DNA of 64,000 bases from NCBI GenBank assembly GCA_965248765.1, contig CBDFKF010000003.1, positions 386,257 through 450,256 on the forward strand, written 5' to 3'. Below the pieces are notes generated by a model. The model was not told the origin of the DNA, did not search any database, and saw only the letters and a program-made list of their open reading frames with translations. Position numbers and translations under genes: made by a program. Of the stretch, positions 29,097 through 39,106 are shown one piece after another; position 1 is the stretch's first letter; each line of letters starts with the position of its first letter. The DNA is from Alphaproteobacteria bacterium (lineage in GTDB: Bacteria > Pseudomonadota > Alphaproteobacteria > VGEJ01).

Positions 29097-30185
29097 AACG
29101 ATGGCGGATGCGCTGCGCACACATCTTCAAGGCATTCTCGATGACTACGTCGAGCGTGGGATCATCGGCGTCTCACTGGCGGTGAGCGTGCCCGGCGAAG
29201 GCGAGATTCTGCAGGCGAGCGGTGTTGCCGACCGAGCTGCCGGCTCGGCCATGACCCCCGATCATCTCTTTCGGATCGGCAGCAATACCAAGACCTTCGT
29301 CGCCGCGGCGTTGCACCAGCTCATCGCCGAGGGCGGCGTCGATCTCGACGCGCCGGTCAGCCGCTGGTTCCCCGAGCTGCCCAAGGCCGACGTGATCACC
29401 GTTGGCGCGCTGATCAATCACCGCAGTGAGCTGCCCGAGTTTGAGTACGACATTCCGATCATCTCCGACCGCGTATGGACGCCCGAGGAGGGTGTCGCGT
29501 TCGCCTTCGAGGTCGGCGAGCAGAAGGAGCCCGGCGGCGAGATGGCATACAGCAACACCGGCTACGTCCTGGCCGGCATGATCATCGCGGCCGAGACCGA
29601 CGCGCCACTGTCGCGGCGTATTCGCACGCACATCTTGGAACCGTTGGGCCTGCACCACACCTGGATCGGCTCCGATGAGGCCTTCCCCGTTGAGCGGCTG
29701 GCGCGGGCTACATGCACCCCGACGAGGACGGCCACCGTTTATGGGACCTGCGCGATGTGCCGGACCAGGGAGACGAGCCGCGGGATGCGACCGAGTGGTT
29801 CCCGCTCTCCGGCGCCGGCGCCGCCGGCGATATGATCTCGACGCCGCGCGATACCGTCCACTGGCTCCAGGGCCTGTTCGGCGGTCGGGTGCTCGACGAG
29901 CGGGGCCAATGGGAAATGACCGGCAATCTGATGCCGGCGAGCTTCCCGGGCACGCCGTTCTCGCACAACGGCCACGGCATCCTGGTCTTCACGTTCGGCG
30001 ACGACCTCGCGGTCAAGGGCCATGGCGGCGGCATGCCGGGCCACGTCACCTGGATGGCCCACGATGAGCAAAGCGGCACCACCGCCGCGCTGTTTCAGAA
30101 CTCCTGTGCGAGCGACATGCATGCCTTCCAGAGGGGCGGCATTCGCGAGCCCTTCGAGGCGGTCTTCCGCACCGCGCGCGCCTGA
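29086..30185 (+). CDS. serine hydrolase (beta-lactamase-related family), frameshifted near 29700
   Basis: SxxK motif (RIGSNTKTF), YSNTGY motif and HGGG(M)PG motif. The reading frame shifts by +2 between ...FPVERLAR and GYMHPDEDGH, creating two ORFs (29086-29835 and 29712-30185). Confidence 0.7.
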
Positions 30186-30201
30186 GGAGGCCCGAGCGCG
30201 C

Positions 30202-30657
30202 TCAGCCGCGACCGCGGTAGGGCTGCACCTGCTGATCGGGGATCCACACGCCTTCCGGTGGTGAGCCGGTCTGAAAGAAGACGTCGATCGGCATGCCGCC
30301 ACGCGGATACCAGTAGCCGCCGATCCGCAGCCACACCGGCGCGATGGTCTCGACGATCCGTCGCCCAATGTTGACGGTGCAGTCCTCGTGAAAGGCGCCG
30401 TGGTTGCGGAACGAGCCGAGGTAGAGCTTCAGCGATTTGCTCTCAACCAGATAGGCGTCGGGGACGAAGTCGATGACGAGGTGGGCGAAGTCGGGTTGTC
30501 CCGTCACAGGGCACATGCTGGTGAACTCGGGGCAGGTAAAGCGCACGAGGTAGTGGACATCGCGGCTGGTGTTGTCGATGCGCTCAAGGACGGCCTCGTC
30601 GGGCGAGGTGGGCAGCTCGACGGACCGACCCAGCTGTGTCAGTTCTTGCTCGTTCAT
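30202..30657 (-). CDS. queF: NADPH-dependent 7-cyano-7-deazaguanine reductase
   Basis: 151 aa type-I QueF with the catalytic Cys in [18 protein letters not shown] and a conserved QueF motif. Confidence 0.85.
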   Translation of the reverse strand: MNEQELTQLGRSVELPTSPDEAVLERIDNTSRDVHYLVRFTCPEFTSMCPVTGQPDFAHLVIDFVPDAYLVESKSLKLYLGSFRNHGAFHEDCTVNIGRRIVETIAPVWLRIGGYWYPRGGMPIDVFFQTGSPPEGVWIPDQQVQPYRGRG

Positions 30658-30688
30658 GTCATCGGATGTCCCGCAGCGGGACCCTCGC

Positions 30689-30922
30689 CTAGCTCAGATA
30701 CATGCAGCGCATGAGGCCGAGCTCGCGATTCATGGCATCGAGCGATTCGTTGAGGCGATCAACCCGTTTGCCGGCATCGTCCAGCTTGCCCTCCAGGGCC
30801 TTCATTCGGACCAGAATGCTCCCGGTCGCGCTCCGCGTCGCCAGGGCCACGTTGCGCAGGTCCTCGGCGATATGCGATTCGAGCCTGCTGATCTGTTTCT
30901 CGATGTCGGTAATGTCGGTCAT
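30689..30922 (-). CDS. hypothetical small coiled-coil protein
   Basis: 77 aa ORF at the left edge of the phage-remnant region. No family recognised. Confidence 0.3.
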   Translation of the reverse strand: MTDITDIEKQISRLESHIAEDLRNVALATRSATGSILVRMKALEGKLDDAGKRVDRLNESLDAMNRELGLMRCMYLS

Positions 30923-30997
30923 GCCCCTTCTTCCCCTGCCGCGCGCGGTGCGACCGGTGTGCTAGCACAGATGGGCAGCCTTCGGGTCGTGTTTCGG

Positions 30998-31040
30998 ACT
31001 TGACGGGAGGGCGCGGCGCAAAGAGAATCGGAACATAAGA
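30998..31040 (+). promoter_or_regulatory. putative promoter TTGACG-17 bp-GAGAAT upstream of the HTH gene
   Basis: ttgacgggagggcgcggcgcaaagagaat has sigma70-like spacing about 30 bp upstream of ATG 31067. Confidence 0.3.
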
Positions 31041-31066
31041 AGAACATACCGACAGGACGGGACGCC

Positions 31067-31417
31067 ATGACGATGTGGGACCTGCACCAAACGGCGAAGT
31101 TCCTGCGGGTGACGCCGGCGACGCTGGAAACGATGCCCGATGGTCCGCCCTACCGGCGCGACCGCGATGCACGGTCCTGGTATCAGCCCGCCGACGTCAT
31201 CAAGTGGAAGCGGGGCCACCGGTGGGACCGCGCCGCAAGCGCGCCGCGGCAGCCGAGCACGGCGCCACCGCGCAGCCGTGAGGACTTGATCGCGATCATC
31301 ACCGAAGTGCTGTGCGAAGAGACGATCAGCTTCTCGGCCGACGAAGCGCGCCGTGCGGCAGTCGGCGTCCTCGACCGGCTGAAGCAGGCCGGCGTCGCCA
31401 TGCGCGCGATCCGATGA
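31067..31417 (+). CDS. helix-turn-helix DNA-binding protein (excisionase/AlpA-like, phage-related)
   Basis: LHQTAKFLRVTPATLETM is an HTH motif in a 116 aa protein next to phage genes. Confidence 0.45.
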   Translation: MTMWDLHQTAKFLRVTPATLETMPDGPPYRRDRDARSWYQPADVIKWKRGHRWDRAASAPRQPSTAPPRSREDLIAIITEVLCEETISFSADEARRAAVGVLDRLKQAGVAMRAIR

Positions 31418-31439
31418 TCGATCCTTCACCACAACCACG

Positions 31440-31600
31440 CCGCCCCCAAATGTCTCCCGCCCACTCGACGGGGGAGGGTTGGGGTGGGGGTGACTTCCGA
31501 ACCAGGGCCGACGATGCGTCGACTGCGTATGATCGCCGCCCCCTCCCCCCGACCCCCTCCCTCACAGGGGATGGGGAGACGACCGCTCTCAGCCGCGCCC
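31440..31600. repeat. pair of strand-asymmetric C-run/G-run imperfect hairpin repeats between convergent genes
   Basis: tctcccgcccactcgacgggggagggttggggtggggg and cccctccccccgaccccctccctcacaggggatggggag. C-rich arms face G-rich arms. Possible bidirectional terminator or REP-like element. Confidence 0.35.
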
Positions 31601-31607
31601 CGACATC

Positions 31608-32054
31608 CTAGAGCGCGAGCCGGCGGGGCGGCTGCAGCACGGCTCGCGGATCGTCGCGCCAGATCTCGGGCTGGACATCGATGTAGAGCTCGACATCGTT
31701 GCCGTCGGGATCGCACAGATAGATGCTGTGGCTGACCGTGTGGTCCGCCGTTCCGGCGATCTCGATGCCGTTCTCTTGCAGCTCGGCGAGGGCCGATCGC
31801 AGCTGCTCATCGCTCGTGCCGATCTTGACGCCGAAGTGATACATGCCGACGCGGCGGCCCTGGGGAATCGCGGCGGCGTCCGCGCCGACCTCGATCAGCA
31901 ACAGCTCGTGGTGCGTGCGCCCCGTGGTGAAGGCGGCGACCGGCCCCTGCACCCCGTCGATCTCCGCCCAACCCAGGACATCGCGATAGAACCGGCGGGA
32001 GCGCTCCAGATCGCGCACATAGAGGACGACGTGCCCAAGCTCCTTGATCTCCAT
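31608..32054 (-). CDS. VOC family protein (glyoxalase/bleomycin resistance/dioxygenase fold)
   Basis: 148 aa. HVVLYVRDLERSRRFY… and the second βαβββ module are present. Confidence 0.75.
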   Translation of the reverse strand: MEIKELGHVVLYVRDLERSRRFYRDVLGWAEIDGVQGPVAAFTTGRTHHELLLIEVGADAAAIPQGRRVGMYHFGVKIGTSDEQLRSALAELQENGIEIAGTADHTVSHSIYLCDPDGNDVELYIDVQPEIWRDDPRAVLQPPRRLAL

Positions 32055-32183
32055 CTGCGCCTCCCGCTTTGCCGCTCGTCAAGGCCCCCAGCCTAGAGCG
32101 AAACGGGCCTCACCGGACTCACGAATTTTCTGGTGGTGCCGCGCCGCATTGCGCAAGTGCCCTGGCCCGTCTAGGAAAGCCCG

Positions 32184-32948
32184 TGGCAGGGCGTCTGGAG
32201 AATCGGATCGCGATCGTCTGCGGCGCGGCGGGCGGGCATCGGCGCGGGCATCGCCGAGGTGTTTCTTGAGGAGGGCGCCAAGGTCGCCATCGCCGATCGC
32301 GAGGCGGCGGCCGGCAGAGCCACCGCGGAGCGCCTTTCGGCCAAGGGCGAGACCGCGTTCGTTGCCTGCGATGTTAGCAGCGCCGATGAGGTGACGGCGC
32401 TGGTCGCCACCGTGCTCGACCGCTTCGGCTGCATCGACATCCTGCATCAGAACGCCGGCATCTTCCCCGAGACCGCGCTCGCCGACATCTCGGTCGACGA
32501 ATGGGACGCGGTGCTGGGCGTCAACCTGCGCGGCTGCTTCCTCACCGCCCAGGCCTGCCTTGGCCCCATGAAGACACAAGGCTACGGGCGTATCGTCTTC
32601 ACCTCCTCGATTACCGGACCGCGAGTCACGGCACCCGGTCACGCCCACTATGCGGCGAGCAAGGGCGGCATCAACGGGCTGATCCGCTCGGCCGCGCTCG
32701 AGTTCGCGCCCTTCGGCATCACCGTCAACGGCGTCGAGCCCGGCAACATCCTGACCGAGGGCATGCGCGAGCACCGCAGCGAGGCATTCATCCGCCAGAT
32801 GGAGCGTTCGGTGCCGTTGGGGCGCCTCGGTACCCCGCGCGATATCGCCGAGGCCTGCGCCTTCCTCGCCTCCGAGGCCGCCGGTTACATCACCGGCACG
32901 ACGCTGATCATCGACGGCGGCCAGATCCTCTCCGAAAGCAAGGTCTAG
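32184..32948 (+). CDS. SDR family oxidoreductase, frameshifted in the Gly-rich cofactor motif
   Basis: The body is a canonical SDR (NAG, S…YxxxK, PG motifs). The N-terminus reads AIVCGAAGGHRRGHRRGVS*, whereas the correct frame gives CGAARGIGAGIAEVFLEEGAKVAIADRE. The indel lies in a gcggcgggcgggc run near 32235. Confidence 0.7.
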   Translation, partial: WQGVWRIGSRSSAARRAGIGAGIAEVFLEEGAKVAIADREAAAGRATAERLSAKGETAFVACDVSSADEVTALVATVLDRFGCIDILHQNAGIFPETALADISVDEWDAVLGVNLRGCFLTAQACLGPMKTQGYGRIVFTSSITGPRVTAPGHAHYAASKGGINGLIRSAALEFAPFGITVNGVEPGNILTEGMREHRSEAFIRQMERSVPLGRLGTPRDIAEACAFLASEAAGYITGTTLIIDGGQILSESKV

Positions 32949-33077
32949 CCCACCCACACCAGCCCGGCCCGCCGCGCCGGCTCGCGCCAATCATCTCCGA
33001 ATAACATAAATATGGTAATATTCGACCTTGATGATATAATGAACCTCAAGAAACCTATATCTATGAGGAATACACCG

Positions 33078-33660
33078 ATGCTCAAGCCGCTGGGCCAGCG
33101 CCAGCTCGACGCCATACGCGACGATCCCATCTACTTCGACGGCGACCATCCCGATCATGACGCCTACGTCGCGATGGTGGATGGCGAGTATCGCCGCGTC
33201 TACAGCCCCGGATTGCAGCAGGCGACGCTCAAACAGGACCGGCCGCGCCTCGGTCCGGCAGCGATCCAGATCAAACGCACGGCCGGACCGGATACCGCCA
33301 GAAACGATCCAAACGACGTCAAGGTGCTCAAGGAGGCGTTCGACGGCCTTGGCGCATTTGACATGGGCACCAAAAGGAAGCCCGGCGACGCCAGCGAAGA
33401 CAGCAAGCTTCGCGCGGCGATCTGCGGCTTTCAACGCGCGCACGGACTGAAGGCCGACTGCGAGGTCACGCCCAACGGCCCTACCCTCAAAGCCCTACGG
33501 GTCGCCGCCGTCGAATCGAACGAGGAAGTGCCACCGGTACCGCGCAGCAAGCCACCGGCGCCACGGGATGTTTGGCCGCCGGTACCGCAGCGTAAACCGC
33601 GACCGCCTGCTGGCGATCCGGGTGCAATATTCCTCGCGGGAATTCGAGGGGCAGAGAATA
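33078..33660 (+). CDS. peptidoglycan-binding-domain protein (3' end uncertain)
   Basis: PG_binding_1-like motif (LRAAICGFQRAHGLKADCEVTPNGPTLKAL) and a Pro-rich C-terminus. AT-rich promoter-like region and GAGGA ribosome-binding site upstream. The frame has no stop until 34049 and runs antisense through the protease fragment, so the true C-terminus is probably lost. Confidence 0.45.
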
Positions 33661-33666
33661 GCCTGC

Positions 33667-34047
33667 TCAAATCTGTACACGCAGATGCCCGGCCCGGATA
33701 TCGCGCCAGACATCCTCGATGTCGCCGCGCTCGCTCATGCGCAGCGTGGCGATGCCGCGGCCGTTTTCGATGCGGGCGGACTCGGGCGCCACCGAGCCGA
33801 TCACGGCGTCGAGGTCGCGCAGCTCATGGACCCGCAGGAACGGTGCGCCGGCGTTCAACCGGTCGAGCCGGACATGGGCCGGATCGAGGCTCAGTTCCTC
33901 GTCATAGGCCTCGCCGAAGAAGGGCACCCGGCGGATCCGCGCGCCGGTCGACCAGATCACCTCGACGGTGCGCTCCTTGGCGTCAACTGAGTTCGGGGCA
34001 AGTTCCGCCGCCCGGCGCATCGCCGGCAACTCGATGGTGTGTTTCAT
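33667..34047 (-). CDS. phage head-maturation/prohead protease-like N-terminal fragment
   Basis: 126 aa. Located directly downstream of the portal gene, where lambda-like phages encode the protease. ERTVEVIWSTGARIRR…VRLDRLNAGAPFLRVHE resembles HK97/U35-type prohead proteases. Truncated. Confidence 0.4.
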   Translation of the reverse strand: MKHTIELPAMRRAAELAPNSVDAKERTVEVIWSTGARIRRVPFFGEAYDEELSLDPAHVRLDRLNAGAPFLRVHELRDLDAVIGSVAPESARIENGRGIATLRMSERGDIEDVWRDIRAGHLRVQI

Positions 34048-34067
34048 AGGGTGTCCTTTCGGAAAGA

Positions 34068-35610
34068 TCAGATGTCTGAGACCTCGCGCAAGGACCGCTC
34101 GGTCTCGTCATCGTCGGGCGGATCGCCTGCGTCGTTGGCTTGCGCGACGCCGGTCTTGGTGACCCGCCTCGGGTCGGAATCGAGCACGATGCCAAGCTCA
34201 TCGAGCTTCTCGTTCATGGCCGCGATCTCGGCCAGCACCGCGTCGGGGTTGCGGCCCTTGCGCGCGATCGCCTCGGCCAGGGTCGTGGTGCCCGAGCGCA
34301 GCGCCAGCAGATCGGCCATGGCGTCTTTCTGCGGGTCGACCGCCTCGAACTCGGGCGGCGACCAGTCGACGCGCACGATGGGCTCGGGGACATGCCCCGC
34401 CGCCCAGGCGGCCTCGGTAAACCAGCGCCACACCGGCGTACAGAACATCGGGATGAAGAGCTGCCACTGGACCGCATCGATCATGCGGCGGAACTCAACC
34501 AGCCCGGCCCGGATCGAGGAGTAGTTGACCTGACTTAGATCGCCGGTCAGCAGCTCGTAGGGCACCCGGAACCCGGCGCCAACGGTATGCAGGCTCGCCC
34601 GCTTGTACTCGGCGTAGCCGCCGGTGGCGGCCGGCTGGTTGAAGCGGATCTCCTTGCTGCCGCGGGCATAGGCGATGAGGCCGGGCTCGAACTGCTCGAC
34701 ATGGTTACCGTCGGCGTCCACCACCGTCGGCGCGATGCCCTGCTCGGCCTCGTCTGCGCCGAGCACAATGGCGGTCACGCAGGCCTCGGTCTTCTTGCGC
34801 ACGATCTCGGCGACCTCGTAGTCGTCGACATCGCGAAGCGCCCGGATGACCGGCGCGCCCCACGGCACGCCGCGGGCCTGGGTGCGCTGCTTCTCGTAGA
34901 CATGGGCGATCTCGGCCGCCGGCACCGGCTTGCTCTTGAAGCCGCCGCGTCCGCCGCCGACGAGGGCGCCGAAGGCATCGCCCGGATGACGGTCATGGAG
35001 CCAGTAGGCGCGGCGCTTGCCCAGCGCGTCGAACTCAATCCCCTGCACCGCCTGACGACCGTTACCGAGGGCGCCGGTCTTGCCTGCATCCAGAAAATCC
35101 GCCTCGAGCACCTGCAGTTGGACCGGGACCGCGAGGCCGTCGGAAGCCCGGCGGGCGCGCCGGCGCACCAGCACCTCACCGGCTTCGACCATCTCGTGGC
35201 ACGCAAGCGTCTGCAGGCCGTAGAAATCGAGCTGACCGTCACTGTCACAAGCGCCGGTCCAGTCCTCCCACAGCTTGTTGACGGTCTTGTCGAGCGGCCT
35301 CGTCGCCGGTCGCGGCGCGCGGCATGATGCCGGCGCCGACGATGTTGTTGACCAGCACCGCCACCGCCTTGGCGGCGTGCGGGTTGTTGCGCACCAGATC
35401 GCGCATGCGGTCGCGCAGGAGCGCGCCGGCCACCGCGATCTCACCGTCGGCCGAGCTCGCCGCCGCACGCCAGCCCTCGGTACGCCGGCCCCTGGCCGCG
35501 CCCTCGTAACCCCGGGTGAGCCCCTCGAAGGCCTGGCGGGCCAAGAGACGCCGCGTCGCCGCACGGGGCGATACCGTGGCGATCGCCCGGTCGAACCAGC
35601 TCGCGCCCAT
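34068..35610 (-). pseudogene. phage portal protein, lambda (gpB) family, frameshifted near 35300
   Basis: The C-terminal 400 aa carry lambda-portal motifs (…QVNYSSIRAGLVEFRRMIDAVQ…). The N-terminal 121 aa (MGASWFDRAI…GDEAAR) are in another frame (ORF 35245-37086) and join at …GDEAAR | PLDKTVNKLWEDW. Start overlaps the gpW stop (ATGA). Confidence 0.75.
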
Positions 35611-35819
35611 CAGCGGTCGCCCCGCTTGAACCGGGCATAGCCCACCATCGGAGATGCCTTGCCAGTGCTGCCGATGGCGCGCTCGATGGTGCGGATACGG
35701 GCCAGCAGGTCCTGGGCGGAGCCGTATTCGACGGACTTGCCGTCGTAGCTCACGCGCAGCGTGCCGCTGGCGTAGGCGCGCCGCAGCGCCGCCAGCTCCG
35801 TCTCGGTCCAGTCGCTCAT
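35610..35819 (-). CDS. phage head-tail joining protein gpW family
   Basis: 69 aa. MSDWTETELAALRRAYASGTLRVSYDGKSVEYGSAQDLLARIRTIERAI matches the gpW fold family, and it is placed between terL and portal as in lambda. Confidence 0.6.
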   Translation of the reverse strand: MSDWTETELAALRRAYASGTLRVSYDGKSVEYGSAQDLLARIRTIERAIGSTGKASPMVGYARFKRGDR

Positions 35820-35821
35820 TC

Positions 35822-37844
35822 CAACCATCCTCCCGGTGGCCCAGCCAGTCCGAGCGCCGCTTGTTGCCGGTAGGCGCCGATGGCGGCCGGTTGACGATGC
35901 CGGCGGTCGCGTCACCGTCGCCGGCGACGCCCGCCTGCGCCTCGAGATCGGCCCACTTGGCCTCGCCCCAGCGGTCGGCGCCGGCGATCCAGGCGGCGGC
36001 CCGGGCATAGACCCGGCAATCCAGCGCCTCGTTGCGCTCGCGCATCTTCTGCCATTCGAGCCGGGCGAAGCCGCGCCGTGTGCGCACCGTCACCAGCTGC
36101 TCGGCGACGAACTGCTTGAGCCATTCGTCCTCGATCCAGTGGGGCAGATGCACGCTGCCCGACGGATACACCTTGCCCTCGGCGCGCTCTTCTTCGGTCG
36201 GGCGTTCGAGCCTCAGGAAACGATAGGTCTCGGCCTTGAAGGTCGAGACGGCGACGGTCCAGAGCCGGGCGCCGCGACGCAGCCGCTTGCCGCCGTCGGA
36301 AACATCGACATAGGTCGGCCCCGAGACCGGGCTCGACCGGTTGAAGCCGTCGGTGCCCTTGACCGGGGCGACTTGCACGATCCCGGCGCGCCGTGCCCAG
36401 GCGTAGACGGCGGTCGGCTCGTAACCGGTATCGATGGAAAGCTTCGCCAGACCCAGCGCGGCGGCGTTCTCATGGGGCCAGGTTTGGCCAAGCAGCCGGT
36501 CGAGTTCGGCCCAAGGCTCGGCTCGCTCGGGCCGCCCTCGATGACGACATGATCGATCAGCCAGCTTTCCAGGCCGCGGCCCCAGACCCAGACATCGACC
36601 TCGATACGGTCCTTCTGCACGTCCGCGCCGGCGGTGAGGAAGAGCCCGCCGGCGGGCACCGTGCCCGGCAACCAGCGCTCCCGGCGATCGTAGAGCCGCT
36701 GCCAGTCGGGCGCTTCGCCGCTCTCGACCCAGGTCTCGCCGAGGATGGTGTTCTTGAACGCACGGACGCGCTCCAGGTCGCTCGAACCGGTGGCGCTCCC
36801 TGTCGCGCCGTCGGACCCTTGGGCCGCCACCCAGGCGCGCGCGATGGCCTCCCATGAAAGCCAGCCGACCGGCGAATAGAGCGCCGAGAGATGAAACCCG
36901 ATGGTCGTGGGATCGGTTGCTTCCGCCGTCGCCCGCCACTCGCCCGCCGCCAGCATCGCCGTCTTGTGGTGCTCGGCGATCGCCTCGTCGCAGGATGCGC
37001 AATGGTAGGCCGCCGTCTCGGGCTTGCCCTTGTCCCAGCGGAGCCGCTCGAAGGCGAGCCATTGCCGATGTCCGCAATGGGGGCACGGCACGAAGTAGCG
37101 ACGCTGGTCCGAGGCCTCGTACTCGCGCTCGATGCGCGAAAAGCCCTTTACCGTCGGCGTCGAGATCAGCAACACCTTGCGCCGGTGGGCGAAGGTGAGC
37201 GAGCGGGCTTCCGCCAGCGTCACCGGGTCGCCTTCCTCGTCCGCCGAGGCCGGATAGGCGTCGACCTCGTCCAGGAGGATGTAGCGCGCCGGGATCGAGC
37301 GCAGACCGACCGCCGAGTTGGCCCCGGTCATGATCAGGATGCCGCCGGCGAACTCCTTCGACAGCATGGTGTTGCCGGCATCGCGCGAATGCGCCGGCCG
37401 GACCAAACCTCGGAGCGCCGCGCTCTCCTCGATCAGCGGATCGATGCGCTGGCGCGAGTTGCGCTTGGCCAGCTCCACCGTCGGCTGGACCGCCAGCATC
37501 GGTCCCGGCGCCTGGTGGATGACAAAGCCGATAAAGTTATTGGCTCCCTCGGTCGCGCCGACCTGTGCTGCCTTCATGAACACCACCCGCCGGCACGGAT
37601 CCGCCGGTGACAGCGCGTCCATGATGGCCCGCATGTAGGGCGTGCGTGCGATGCGGTAGCGCCCCGGCTCCGCCGACGCCCTTGCTGCCAGCATGCGGTG
37701 CCTCTCGGACCATTCCGAGACGCTCAACAGCGGGTCCGGCGTCAACCCGTCGCGCCAGGCGCGGGCGATGTCGTCCGCGCCGGCGAAGGCCTCAGCGGAA
37801 CTCGGGCCGGATCTCGGCGAGCTCATTGAGATGATCTCGGACAT
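35822..37844 (-). pseudogene. phage terminase large subunit, GpA (lambda) family, frameshifted near 36535
   Basis: N-terminal ATPase (…VVFMKAAQVGATEG…) and the LLDEVDAYP and CPHCGHRQ zinc-finger motifs lie in ORF 36213-37844. The C-terminal nuclease part (…ERAEPWAELDRLLGQTW…TGYEPTAVYAWARR…) continues in ORF 35245-37086. A 1-nt deletion relative to the duplicate copy at 49341 sits in a ggcggccc run. The 3' end is approximate. Confidence 0.75.
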
Positions 37845-38370
37845 GGGCCTCCAGAACCTTCTGCATGGCGTGCGTATCGAGGCCGAGATCGGCCGCCATC
37901 AGGGCGGCGACGCGGGCCGGCCAGTTGACCCAGGCATCGCGCTCACGGCGCGCGAGGCGGAACACCTCGACCGTCGCGTGGGCCCGGTCGACCACTTCCT
38001 CGCGCAGGCGCTGCACCTGAATGCGAGCCCGCTGCGCCTTGGCGATCTCGTGCGCGGTGCGCGCCTGGGTGAAGGTTGCGGCCCCTTGCGGGGCGGGTTC
38101 GGTTGCGGCGGGCGGTGGTGCTCCGGCAGCCTCGCCACCGGGCTTGTCCGGATCGGAGGCCCGTGGGGTCTCGTCAGCTTGTGCGGGCTCGTCCTCGGGC
38201 GGCTCGGACCGGCGCGCCGGATCGGTTCGAGCGTCCCATTGGGCGTCCGCCTTGTCCGGATCGAGGGTGCCGTCGGGCTCGGGCGTGAGCCGGCCCGCGC
38301 GGATCGCCTTCATCACCGCGACGTGGCTCACCCCGCGCCGGCGCGCGTATTCCCGCAGCGATACGCCCAT
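37792..38370 (-). CDS. phage terminase small subunit (HTH-containing)
   Basis: N-terminal HTH LREYARRRGVSHVAVMKAIRAGRL. Overlaps the terL start by about 50 bp. 192 aa. Confidence 0.55.
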   Translation of the reverse strand: MGVSLREYARRRGVSHVAVMKAIRAGRLTPEPDGTLDPDKADAQWDARTDPARRSEPPEDEPAQADETPRASDPDKPGGEAAGAPPPAATEPAPQGAATFTQARTAHEIAKAQRARIQVQRLREEVVDRAHATVEVFRLARRERDAWVNWPARVAALMAADLGLDTHAMQKVLEAHVRDHLNELAEIRPEFR

Positions 38371-38470
38371 GCTCGTGGAACCTTAAAATAGCATTGGATT
38401 CATTGGCTTAAGCGCTTGCCTTCGGGTCGGAACAGAGCGTGTATGACGTTGCAATCAAAGGAAGAAAACG

Positions 38471-38998
38471 ATGGCCCAGACACTCACCGGCACCGAACGC
38501 GACGCGCTCACCGCGGCCGCCAAGCGCCCGGACGGGCGCATCCACCCGCTGCCCAAAAACATCGATGCCGACTTGCTGGTCGGCGGTCTCGTTGTGCGCG
38601 ACCTGATCGAGCAGGTGCCCGACGAGCGCCCCGGCTTCGATCCCTTCCTGCGCATCAACTACCAAGGCCTCAAGGCGCTGCATGCCGATCCGGACGGGAG
38701 CGCATCGGCCGACGAGCCGGGCGGCAAGACCGCACTCGAAACCTTCATCGCCGGCCAGTACGAGTTCGACGACCTGCTCGGGCGGCTGAGAGACGCGTGC
38801 GGCGTTCACTTCAACGTCGACCCCGAGCGGGTCGATTGGGCCGCCGTCGGGACGCTCTACATGCGCCTCGCCAGCCTGCGCACCCTTTGCGACCACGTCT
38901 TCAAGGAAGGCGAGCACGCCGAACCGGCGGGCGGTCACGACGGACACGCTTTCAACGCGGACGGCCGCAAGGTCGCCGTCTGCGTGCCAACCGACTGA
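38471..38998 (+). CDS. DUF3489-related protein (N-terminal paralog of the next gene)
   Basis: The N-terminus ERDALTAAAKRPDGRIHPLPKNI parallels ILSAAAQRDDGSIHPLPKTL of the downstream gene. The C-terminus diverges. Confidence 0.5.
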   Translation: MAQTLTGTERDALTAAAKRPDGRIHPLPKNIDADLLVGGLVVRDLIEQVPDERPGFDPFLRINYQGLKALHADPDGSASADEPGGKTALETFIAGQYEFDDLLGRLRDACGVHFNVDPERVDWAAVGTLYMRLASLRTLCDHVFKEGEHAEPAGGHDGHAFNADGRKVAVCVPTD

Positions 38999-39106
38999 CT
39001 GGCGCCCACTCCCCTCCGGCCCCGACCGGGTTCACCCGGCGGGGCTTCGGGCAGTAGCGGCGCCGCGACGGTCGCGGCGCGCTCAACCGAAGGAGGGAGC
39101 GATCCC

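Noticed and set aside
35245-37086. 613-aa ORF spanning the terL-gpW-portal region
   Set aside because: It is a read-through composite. Only its middle (terL C-terminal part) and last 121 aa (portal N-terminus) are real segments of frameshifted genes. The rest is out-of-frame translation.
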